Below the pieces are notes generated by a model. The model had not been told where the DNA came from. It did no database searches and saw only the letters and a program-made list of their open reading frames with translations. Position numbers and translations under genes: made by a program. A stretch of 64,000 nt of DNA from Amoebophrya sp. A120. Lineage: Eukaryota; Protista; Dinoflagellata. Shown here piece by piece: positions 49,407 to 60,631 of the stretch. How positions within the stretch are numbered: the first letter of the stretch is position 1; every line of letters begins with the position of its first letter. Location: assembly GCA_905178155.1 (NCBI GenBank), contig CAJINV010000010.1, forward strand, positions 3,864,587-3,928,586, written 5' to 3'.

Positions 49407-52044
49407 ATGTCGCTGAACAGCAAGTCCTGCTCACTAAAAACGGCCGTTGCGGCCGTTTCGGGAGTGACCACGGTCTATTTCCCAGCGCCGACGTATGGAA
49501 GCGTCAGGATTGAAATCGACAAAGTTGCAATAGTTTCCCATGCATAAATTGCAAAGCATGAAGTGCCTTCCTTGCAGGGATTGCAAGACTGTCAGCCTAT
49601 TTGGGGTGAAGAGCCCGACTGTCAGCCTTTTTGGGGTCTGCGATAGAGCTGCTAAAGTGGCATGACAAAAAACGCCTTCTGTCCCTCAACAGCATAACAA
49701 ACTGGATTCAGACGGTGCCAAAATTTGTCATGCACCGCTTGGGAATTGGGCTTGCAAGAACTGATATCGATTTTATGCATAACAAACTATTTCAACTTTG
49801 ACGACTTCAATCCTGGCACTCCCATGCGACGTCGGCCGTGGAAATGCTGACTTTGGACAAAAGCCGGCGGGACAAGCTGCAGCGGCGAAAATCGCAGAAG
49901 GTAAGTACAACAAGAGCAAACTGATCTCAAAAAACATGGTTGATAGGCGATCGATTTCTCTATCTCTTCACCGGCTGACCGACTTCTTGTTCTTTTCAAT
50001 TATGGTTTCTTCTTGACATGTAGGTGAAGATATTTTATCAAACTAAAAAAAAGGCGCAGCACCAAATTCGCGCGGATGTTGATCCTATTGTCGAGGGAGA
50101 CGCGAAGCTTTGGCTTCCGGAGGAGAGCCCGGTAACCGAAGACACTGCATTCTCGGGTATCACTTCGACGCCGATCCGTGTCGCGGATTTGGTGAAAGAC
50201 CAAACGAAAATCTTCAGCGACCGCTCCTACGTCCTGAACGGCATTCCGAACTACCAGGACGACTGCATGTTCGTTCCCGTCACCACCGCTGACGGCGAGA
50301 ACCAAGGAGCGTGGCTCGCGGAGAACCGCCCGACGGATTCGGCGGTTACCTTCACCGTGACCCGCGCTGCCACCGTTTTTTTGGACATGTGGCGGTGCGA
50401 CAAGATATCAAGGTGGAAAATCCCCCCTCCCCGTATTTTTGAAAAGGTGTGTTTCCGAAAATTTGTGTTGCTGATTTGTGGCCACAAATCAGGTTTGTCT
50501 TGCAAGAAGACAAGCGCAGAGGCTTCCCTCCCATTATGGAAGCGATTTGGCATGCTGTTGGGCCTAGAGGGTAGCCGTTTGCCATGCTAACCAACTAGAC
50601 CCGGACGCCCCTATGATCTTGGCGAGGATCTGGCCGCAATGCCTTGCAGCAAGACAGGGCGCATTTGTGTACGCAAGTTCAGCATCAGAAGCTTCGTTTT
50701 GATATGGGGAGGGGGGGTTTTTCTTCTTGATACAAGATGACCACGGAGGAGTGGAAAACCGCGGCGGAAAGTGACGGCTGGAGCTATCAGAATGAAAAAT
50801 ACTCCCACCCCCGAACTTGAAAGCATTTGTGTTGCAAACCTTTCCAAATGAAACATTCGCCCTCTTGCATGTACCAGCAAGAGCGGCGCTTGTCTTGCAA
50901 GCGATGCGATACACGCCTAGACTCTGCATCAGAAAGATTCGCACTCCTTTCACGCATGACAAAAAGTTTTCATTTGGAAACTTAGCATCACAAATTTTTA
51001 CAATTTCAGGGGTGGGGGGCACTTTTCACTGTAATAGGAGCAGGTCCGCAGACTTGAACATGAACCCGATCGGCCTTTATGGAATGCAAATAGGTCTGGG
51101 TCTGGAACAAGATTCCGAGAGTTGTTCTCATGCTAGTTTCTTGGCACGACTCTGAACTCTGTATTGCGTGGCCACGAAGACCTCCTCTTGTAGTCTTATT
51201 TCATGCGAAAAATAAAACGGTGCTTCTCATGCGGAATACGCAACACAGAGCCACGAGAAAGTCTGTCCTGTTTGGCGGTAGTACATTGCAGTGCGCTTTC
51301 TGTTCACTGACATGCGTCACAAGTTTCCAGACCCAGACATATTTACACTTGATAGCCTTGTGCTCCACACCACGGGCGCCCACCATGGATCCCCACTCGA
51401 GGACGGCGGGATCTACGGGCCCGGGCAAGTGTACAGGAAGGACGTTCCGGCAGGCGAGGTCTCCGTTCCGGGCCTGGGGACGAAGACGTCTTTATCAAGA
51501 GGAAAAATCCCCCCTCCCCATATCGAAAAGGAAATCTGTGATGCTGGAGTTGCGTACACAGATCAGATTTGTCTTGCAGTAGAGGACTGCACGCAGATCG
51601 CCAGCCTACTTAGGGGCCTTTTGGTGTAGGCGCCTAGCATGGTAGACGGCTTCCCTGTAGTCCTTACAGCATTACAAATCGCCTGTATAGAGTGGCAGAG
51701 GGCCTAACTGGATTTGCCTTCTCGCAACACGGACAGGATTTGTGGTCACAAATCTGCGCCGCAAATTTTCGGAGGCATACCTTTTCGATATGGAGAGGGT
51801 GGATTTTTCCTCTCAATAGTCTTTCTACGGGGTTTGGGTCTGTCCAGACGAGAGCGAAACACCGATTGTCGCCGATGCTGGGGTTTACTGGCGCCCCGGA
51901 GCGGAGCCGGAAGCTTGCGCCCAGGAAGCGGGCGAAGCTGGGGTGTGCGGAAACTCGGGTGACACGCCGTGTGCGATCGTCAAGGGAGACGAGGAGGTGG
52001 ACGAAGAGGAAGGCGTGACGGAAACTACCGAGGGGTGCTGCTGA
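49407..52044 (+). CDS. Putative secreted protein with beta-rich domain, acidic tail ending EGCC; five introners and one GT-AG intron
   Basis: MSLNSKSCSLKTAVAAVSGV..TSAVEMLTL; IFSDRSYVLNGIP..VTFTVTRAATVFLD..GQVYRKDVPAGEVSVPG; frame traced to TGA 52042-52044. Confidence 0.7.
49494..49826. mobile_element. Introner, family I
   Basis: TIRs; DR cgacg/cgacg. Confidence 0.9.
50406..50732. mobile_element. Introner, family G
   Basis: TIRs; DR caaga/caaga. Confidence 0.9.
50785..51036. mobile_element. Introner, family B
   Basis: TIRs; DR ggagc/ggagc. Confidence 0.9.
51078..51354. mobile_element. Introner, family A
   Basis: TIRs; DR gcctt/gcctt. Confidence 0.9.
51493..51818. mobile_element. Introner, family G
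   Basis: TIRs; DR gtctt/gtctt. Confidence 0.9.
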
Positions 52045-53750
52045 TGCTGAAATGACAGCACGTGGTCATCTTCTTCCCGAAGCAAATCTTTCAGGAGAAA
52101 CGCGCTCCTAATCGGACTTGCAAACCCCTTTACTATCGGCCTCCAGTATGTTCATCTTGATTTTCTGCAATCTCCTCGCGTTTTGTGCCTCTCGTCGCTC
52201 AGTACGATCACAATTTCAAAAGAATAAGAAGGTACGCAAAGTTTCAAAAAAGTTAGCACGCCCTTGTCTTGAGTACAAAAAATTTCACAAAGCAGCCCAC
52301 TTCAACTTAACCTCATTTTTCATGCATGTATTTTGGTAATTTTCATTTCATCTTCCAAGTATCTTCGCAGTATCACTAGCAATTTTTGCATCCAATATCT
52401 TTGCAGTCTTCACAATAAAAGTAAGTACTATTATACACACAACCACCAGTTCGTATGATTTAGATTTTCCGAATCGATTTTTTTATACAAATTTGCTTCA
52501 GATGGTGGTCCCCCAATAGAAAAAATAGGCTTTCGAAATTTGTCTTCTAAATTATCCGTCACACTTCAATTTCACCCCTTCTCGCACCCCGAAAAACATC
52601 AAGTATCCACCCTAGGAAATATGTATAAAGTCGTTCTTCTTCTTTTCCCCGATTTCTACTCACCGCCCAGACGGAGACGAGGTAGGGCACTAGGTTCTTT
52701 TGCGAATCCCGCCCACCAGGGGCAAAGTAGGAGCGAAGGGGATAAAGGAGAGCGGAGGAACAAGAAGAAGAATGACAACAAATAAGCTAGGCAGTCACTC
52801 TCATCTATGTTCTTGTCGTGTTTCACCCAAAATTTCTATCTTCCAGTGGTTAATCCCAAGAACCGCCCAGTCTTTGTCCACCGCATGAGGCGATAGCAAT
52901 TGCGTTTTTCACGTTAGACACGTCCTGTTGTTCCACATGCATCGCCGCCGCGTACGTCCACCACCACTCCACTGGAAAGGATCTTCGTTCAGTCTGTGTC
53001 ACATATTACATGCTCGTGAAAATTATAAGTCGTGGTGAGGTCGCTCTCGCTACTACACGACAGCATTATAGCAGATGATTTTGTAGTAACCAGCCACTGA
53101 AATGCAAAGGGTCGGCTTCGTACCAGGTGACGCTGCTTGTATGTGTTATTTTCCATCGACTCGTGCAACAATCCTTTTCCTTATCCCAGTAAACTCGTTC
53201 TTGTGGTTATCGTTCGTCGTCCAACAAATAAATCTGACGCTCGTCGTTGGGTGCCGTTTCGGTATTTCCACTTGGAGAAGGAATTTCGATTTCCTTCGTT
53301 CGGTTGAGGACAAGATAGAAGAACTCGTTCAGGAACAACTGACTTAGTTTGTAAAAAAGTTTTCCAGGACGAGGACAAGGATTTCATCGTGTCGTCGTTC
53401 TCGTTGCTGCGTCCGCGGCGTGCGTCTTTTTTTTCTCGTCACTCCACCTCGAGAAGTACTTGCTTGTACTACTTCCCGGCTGTGACGAAATAGATATCTG
53501 ATTTTTTCCTTTATATACCATTGCTGAGATGATATTACCGAAACACGACGAACAGCAGGATTTGTAAATTGGGCCTCCTAGTATCCCCAGGACGGCACAA
53601 TTCCATTTCCAAGTACAACCACCCGCCTTTTTCTCAACCACTTTTCTTGTTTGTGAAGAACGACAGTATTATTTACACTTATTCACGCCAAAAATTCAGA
53701 AACGCAACACTGTAACTACTTTCTCTCAACAACAACATCGCACTAAAGCT

Positions 53751-56700
53751 ATGACGAAAACTTCCCTGAAGAAAACAACCCTGGCCTTGGCGGCCACCGG
53801 CGCCACGGCGGTGGAGGTGATGATCCTCAAGCACTTGAAAAAATCCAAGGCGGGCCGTCGTGCACAGGTTGGAAAAAGCGAGCAGCGGCTGCTGAAGACC
53901 GGCGCGGGTGAACTGCACAAGGCGGGACGACAGGAAGAATCTGCTGCGACCCGTCTCGCAACGGATCCTTTTGAGCGCTATGCGCTGGTCGATTATGACG
54001 ATGACTGTTTGGACTCCGGCACGATTAAGGCTGACGCCCAGTTCCACTGTAAGAAGGTGGGCACTGCTGGTGCAGACTCCGGGCCTGTCGAAGTCTGCAG
54101 CGGCTTGATGGAGAACGGAGATTCTCCTTGCAACGGCGCTGACCAAACGGACACGGGCAAGTGCCAGTGGGACGCCGACAACGGAAAATGCAAGTTCCGC
54201 GACTTCGTCGCGGAGAACAACCAAGGGTTTCAACACTGCCGGACGCACGCCGACGAAGCCGCCTGCAACGGCGCCGCGGCTGAAACCATCCCCTTCGGAG
54301 GGTCGTGCTTCTGGCGGTCCGAAGTGAGCGCTTGTGTTTTCACGCCGGAATGCCTCGACGATCCGGCTCCCGCGGCTGGCGGCAGCTGCATCAACCCTGC
54401 GTCACCGAGGAATCGGGCTGCGTTCGGGGACTGGGGCATCGGGCTGGTGTCCGCAGACGGGAAAACGGGCTGCGGCGCGATCGAAACCGAAGGAGCCTGC
54501 AACGCGTACCCGAACTGTCTGTGGGACGACGATGCCGCAGCGACGCCGCAATGCACAGTGAAACGGGCCGCAAACGACATCACACCGACGGCGGGCAATG
54601 TCACGGTGTCGAGCACGTACTCATCCACGACTTCCAAGCAAAACCTGGTGGACGGAAACCTGCTGGGGAACCCCTTCAACTCCGCTGACGGCGAAGACGG
54701 CGAAGACGCGCCTGCCCAGAAGTGTCCGTGGGTCCAGCTGGAACTGCCAAATGAAAGCACGCAGGTGGGCCACGTGGAGCTGACCACGCTTCTGCATTCC
54801 GACTACGCTCTTAACCGCCTCCGCCGGCTGTTTTTTCGCAAGAAGATCCTCAACTTTGCTGGTGACAAAACGTGGAACGCAACGGACGGAAACCTCCCGG
54901 AGGGAAGCCTTGACACAGAGCAGAACAGCGGCATCCGAGTTCTGGTCACGAACAACAAGCGCGATGTTCCGGCTGCCGGGCGTGGTGACGCGTGCGCGGA
55001 GCCCGCCAAGGTCTGCAACTCCCGCAATGGCGCGTGCTACGACTTCGAGGTCTGCGAGCACATCATCTGCAAGGAAGGCGAAGGAGCGACCTGCAAGAAC
55101 CGGTTCGTTGTGCCGGAGGGCATGCTATGAATTGCAATTTACATATAATCTGGGAGGTCTGGAACATTGCCTCAAAGAACCCATGAAGATGCTAAAAACT
55201 GGCCCGCTTCTTACTGTACGCAATAAATAAGGGCGAACTCCTCGTTCTCACGCGGGTTAAGCATGTTGGAGAAGCTGCCTCCTGCGCAAAACCTGTAGAT
55301 GAAATCATGCTCGCTGTAGTTCGACGTGCATTTGTTCAGGATCGATGGTGTCGTCTGACATGTGGACTTCGACTTCTCCAGAGGACCCAGACATTTAATT
55401 AAATAATTTGCAGTTGATAGATGCCCCCGGACGCCGGCACCGCTACCGTCGACTGTAGAGGGAAGATGGGGAAGTACTTGACCATTGAGCTGCCCGGCAT
55501 CGAGGAAAACCCGGGAGCCGGCGATCCGGAGTTCCGCATTCTGAACCTGAACGAAGTGAAGGTGTTTCGGCCTTTATCAAAAGGAAGAATCCCCCCTCCC
55601 CATTATATCAAAACGAAGTTTCTGATGCTGGATTAATTTACGTACACAAATCAGATTTGTATTGCTGGAGAGGACCACTGCAGGCCTACAGTAATCCTGA
55701 GTAGGGAGGTTTTGGGCTAGGCCTAGGCACTGAGCATGGCAAACGTCTACTCTGTAGGGCCAAGAGCATCACAAACCGCCTGCAGAATGCGGCGGAGCCT
55801 GTGGAGTTGCGTTCTTGCAAGACAGAGACGATTTGTGGCCACAAGTCAGCATCACAAAAAATTTTCTGAGACGTACCTTTTCGATTTCTGGGAGGGGGGA
55901 TTTTTCATTTTGATAGCCTTCGGCGCCACCGGAACCGAAAGATATCACACCGTCCGCGGATGCGATCACAGCGTCCAGCGAATTCAACGAAGATCACGAT
56001 GTGGACTTTCTGGTGGACGGTGACCTGCTATCGAGCAAAACAGCTGCGTTAGTGGGGTTCTTACTCACTTTGTAAAAATGCAGATGAAGAACACGTTAAA
56101 AATGTGCCGGTCAAGTCATCATGCCCATGCGTTGCAAGGTGCTCTCAACCTCCGCGTTTTCGCGTACTGTAGTAAGTATGTATGATCTTCGTGTGATAAC
56201 ATTTTGCTGTCATGTTATTACCCGCTTCTCCAAAACCAAAATATTTGTAATGCTGCTTCTCCAAAAAGACCAAAATTAATAAATACAAAAGCTGGACTAA
56301 CGCGGTTTTTCTCCTGGATACCTGTCTGGCCTTGTTTTCAACACCGCGGACAACAATTACGGCAGCCCTGGCCACTATGGTAGCGTCAGGTTGGAAATCG
56401 AAATTGACAAAATGGAAATTATAGATTATTTGTGAGGCATAAAATGATAATGAATCGATACCCGCCTGCTTCGGAGCCCCAGCCCCCATTTGGTCTAAGC
56501 GGAAATAGGTGCATCTTCAATGGCAAAAGAAACAGCGGGCTTTGTCATGCTCTTCAGCATGATGATCCCCATGATCCAGGAGCCTGGTCAGGAGATTTAG
56601 GTCTGGCACATATTTTACGCAGCATCCAGTGCAAGAACACAGGCACTTTATTTTGTCGTGTTGCATTGAATTATACCTCATCCCATCGTAGAATTACTTA

Positions 56701-58896
56701 GATGCATGTTGAAGTAGATTTACTTTTACATTTAGAGTTAGCAGCTTTTCCATTTTTCCGATGTCCAACCTCTGACGCTTTGATAGCCAACATTGCCCGT
56801 GGGTGCAGCTCGAGCTGTCCGGCGTCAGCACCGGAGCCAAGGTGGGCGCAGTGGAGCTGACGAGCTACATCTCCGGCGACGGGCTGTTTCGGCTGCGCCG
56901 CCTCTTTTTCGACAAGAAATACGATGGAAACACTTGGAACGCCACCGACCCGGCGAAGATCGAGTCGAACGTGACCGACCAGCAGAACGCCGGGTTTCGG
57001 GTCCTCCTCCAGAGCGAACCCCGCGACCGCTCCGCTACCTCGAGATGGTTTCACCAGTACGTGACACACAAAGAGACCGGGGTGACGCGCATCCGGGAAT
57101 GGTGGCAAGGTACTGGAAAAGGGGAGACCTGCGACGCCCTGTCGACCAGCAGCGCGGCCCAGGTGTGTGAACACGTGGTTTGCGAAATTGGGGAAACGTG
57201 CAAGGACCAATTCGTGCCAGACGCTACCATTGATGGGGTCGGTACCGCCACGGTGGACTGCGGAGGCAAGGAAGGAAAGTACTTGATCATCGAGTTGCCG
57301 GGGGTTGTGCCGGGAGATTCTCCAGACACCCGCATCTTGAACCTGAACGAAGTGAAAGTGTTTGCGTTTGCGCGCCGCGCATGCGACACCTTCGATCAAC
57401 AAGCCAACTGCCCCTCCGATCGCTGCGCGTGGGCCGACGGAAATTGCGGCGACAAGACTGCCGACCCAGCTGCGTGCGACACCTACGATCAGGCCACCTG
57501 TCCCTCCGATCGATGCGCGTGGGCCGACGAGAAGTGCGGCGACAAGACTACCGAACCAGCCGCATGCGACACCTACGAAGAGGCCACCTGTCCCTCCGAT
57601 CGATGCGCCTGGGCCGACGACAAGTGCGGTGACAAGACTCCAGGTACTTGTTGTCGCAATTTTCTTTTGTTCTAATAAGCAGCTCGCTCGTTGACGTGAA
57701 CATTCTTTTTTGCGAGAATGATTGCACGAAGTCTGCAAATCATGTTGGCGAAAAACAAAAACATACTTCTAGCTTTTACTTACTCCTGGCTTGAACTTGT
57801 TCCACGTCATTTTTGTAACATCAACAGAAGCCTGCAGCACACTGGCCGAGGATGAGTGTGCTGCCCGGTCCGCCGATTGCACTTGGGATGCCGACGCAAC
57901 CACTTGTGGGGACAAGTCCGCGTCCGGACAGCAAGCTATCGTATGTAAAAACGTACCCACCCCATAGTCAAGATGGGGAATCGGCTAGACAAATCCGCGA
58001 GCTTTGCCTGTTTCGCATGACAAATTTGGACGCGTAGTGTAGTGCTGTTTGAGCTAGTTCAGCAGCATTACAAATCTAGTCTCTCATGCTGATTGGAGCA
58101 TGACAAATTTCAAAACACCATTAGCAAATGCTTCTCATGGGGCTCCGCATGAGAAACATTTTAAGCATGCAGATTTGCATGACAACTATGGTGTGGGAAC
58201 GTTTTTACACAGGATACAAGCCTGCAGCACCTTTACCGCAGCTGAGGACTGCGACGAGAGTCGTTGCACCTGGGACGCTATGCAGTGCAAAAGTATCGTA
58301 CTCGTATAAATGCATTACAGATTTCCTCAGCATGAGCGATAAAGTTTGTAATGCGGATTTACCTTAAAAAAGAGATTTGTAATGCAAGACTTGCATTAGC
58401 ATTCATACGAGTGCGATACTTTTGCACAGGATAGACGCAAACGCCGACGAGGGGGAATATGACAGTGCACAACTCGTCCCCCTCCCCTTCATTTGTGCGG
58501 CAAGAACAGCAACACAAGCAACGACAGCGATGCCACTTCCGCATGACAAATTTGCACGCTTGTAGTGCGGTTTGGGGTTCCAAAATTTGGCATGCAGACA
58601 CTGCCTAGGGCCAGGGTCGTGTGGACTTGGTATTTTGCATCATTTATAGAAATGTATAAAGGGGAGGTGGGGTTGAGGTTGTGCACTCTCATAGGAAAAA
58701 GTGCTCCGACGTTGAAAAATATCCAGTGCAAAAGTGATGTCTCCGCCTCATGATTTTTTTTATGCGACGTCTTGGTGTTCGCTGTGACAATGAAAAAGGA
58801 ACACGATGCCCTCTTTGATGTTTCTTCATGCAAAATAAAGAACCCGCCTCAGCCTCAGTGGGAAGTTTCTTTTTGGTCGTGGTACAGTGTCAGTGA
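53751..58896 (+). CDS. Secreted/surface Cys-rich protein with two F-type lectin / discoidin (F5/8C)-like domains and Cys repeats; 3' end tentative
   Basis: Signal-like leader; twice SS....LVDG..CPWVQLEL..VG.VELT..GKYL.IELPG..RILNLNEVKVF; eight introners removed in frame; short hydrophobic C-terminus. Confidence 0.7.
55126..55419. mobile_element. Decayed introner, family A-like
   Basis: Eroded TIRs; DR catgc/gatgc (creates ..atag| acceptor). Confidence 0.8.
55575..55915. mobile_element. Introner, family G
   Basis: TIRs; DR gcctt/gcctt. Confidence 0.9.
56029..56320. mobile_element. Decayed introner, family C-like
   Basis: Eroded TIRs; DR cctgc/cctgt; removal gives LVDGDLSGLVFN. Confidence 0.75.
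56376..56785. mobile_element. Decayed introner, family I-like
   Basis: Eroded TIRs; DR gccac/gccaa; removal gives GQHCPWVQLE. Confidence 0.8.
57378..57640 (+). repeat. Three ~93-bp coding repeats (ACDTYDQATCPSDRCAWADEKCGDKT)
   Basis: Seen directly in ORF 56803-57675. Confidence 0.9.
57937..58216. mobile_element. Introner, family F
   Basis: TIRs; DR caagc/caagc. Confidence 0.9.
58279..58433. mobile_element. Introner, family E
   Basis: TIRs; DR gacgc/gacgc. Confidence 0.9.
58458..58693. mobile_element. Introner, family H
   Basis: TIRs; DR gggaa/ggaaa. Confidence 0.88.
58720..58837. mobile_element. Highly decayed introner, family E-like left end
   Basis: Left end tatccagtgcaaaagt; right end inferred from ..ata and DR aaaaa/aagaa keeping frame. 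Confidence 0.45.
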
Positions 58897-60631
58897 GAAG
58901 TACTTTTTACTTACTTACACAACCGCGACCTTATCTCGAGGCCAGTTATTTGTCATGCGAATATACGCGGCTCGGGCTCGCTCCAACTGAATTTTCAGAC
59001 TAACTAGGACTGCAAGATGAACCTTTCGCGTTCTTGATCTTCTATTGAAATAAAGCCTGCCGCTCCCATGCCTGGAACTTACAGCGAAAATAATTATGTC
59101 GCAATGATCACCTTCACCAGTTGGAGACAGTTTTTTGCACTGTGATACTCAGGACGAAGAGGCGGAGGAGGATTGCTGCGGCTACTGAGCAACCGCTTCT
59201 CACAATTTGTGGATGCGCATCGCTCGTCCGGAATCACCGGCAGCAAAAAATGGCGAACTACCTTTAATACCGTCGTGTAAGTCAATGGCTCACCAGTTTC
59301 ACCCCCAGCTCAATTTCTATTTCACAGAAAAGTCACCGCATGATTGGGAAGGGATACTAGTCATCGGAATTCTTTCGAAAATATTTCCAGAACAAGTGGC
59401 CTAGAATTTTTTTTTTATGGGCAGAGTATTACAGTCAGAAAACATGATCGCCACTCCTTCATTTCATATCATCTTCTAGATCTAGCACAGCAGGCACGAC
59501 CACCATCGCATATACAAACAAGAACAACAGAAAGACCCAATTACAATTTTTTATTTGAACCCTTAGTCCTGAGCAGGCAAAGATTTTGTTCGTATCCCGA
59601 ATTTTATCTTCGATCTTCACTTCTTCTGCAATTTTACACACATGGATCATGAGCTTTATTTCTTTTTGCAGTGAAAAAACTAAAACCTCAACAAACTCCG
59701 CGTGTGCGAGAGGAGTTCTTGTACAAGATCGCGCAGGGAACCAGCTGGAGGCACTGCTGCGTCTATAATCGACGTATGCTTTCCTTGTCCTGCCACCTTG
59801 TCTAGGTTCCTTCTCGTCACGCGTCCGTTTTGCTTCGTATCCCGAAACAAAATTTAGTTTGGAACCGTTGCCGCAAGTAGAGGACCTCCGTGGTTCTTCT
59901 TCTTCGGGTTGTAGCACGGGGCATAGGTGGTACTCATCTTGAAGTTAGCACATTACTTGTCATCATCGCGAGAAGTAGTAGGCTACACATGATTGTGATG
60001 CAAACAAGAGCTGCAGGCTCCATGACACGACCAGAAGGAGGACCACTACATGCGAAGTAGAAGTTAGTACTTGATCGAGGTTACAGAATAAAAAAGTCGT
60101 CAGACCACTACTTTTGTCGTCGTGGTCGAGGAACAGGTACTGCTATGGAAGTAGTGCAGCTTCTGTTCATGATCTTCAACTTTGATTAATAGCAGCCGGT
60201 CGTGTAGTTGAGCGTGACGTCGTGGGTGCTGTCTTCTTGCCCATATAACAGAGAGAACTTGAACTAGAAGTACTCCGCTCGTTGAAGTCTTTGCGCACTG
60301 CTTCGTCTACAGTAGTACATGAGAGACAGTAGAAACCAGCTTTACGTGGAACAACTGTGATGAGGGTTTCTCATTTGATTATCTCCTTTTGTCGTCGTCG
60401 TCTTTGCACTTTCGCCTTTCTGCTCGGTGACAGGAAGATTTGAAGAGTTATGTCAGCAAAGCAAAGGTATAACAAGAGTCAGACTTGAAGAAACCCGAGC
60501 GTCTGTTTCCACATGTTGAAGCGAGTCCGACTTGTTCCATTCAGATCTCGATAAAAGTATACCACAGTCAACCGATCTTGCTCTTGGCAAGCAAGGTAAT
60601 AGCAAATCGAAAGGCAGAGAAAACTCCAACT

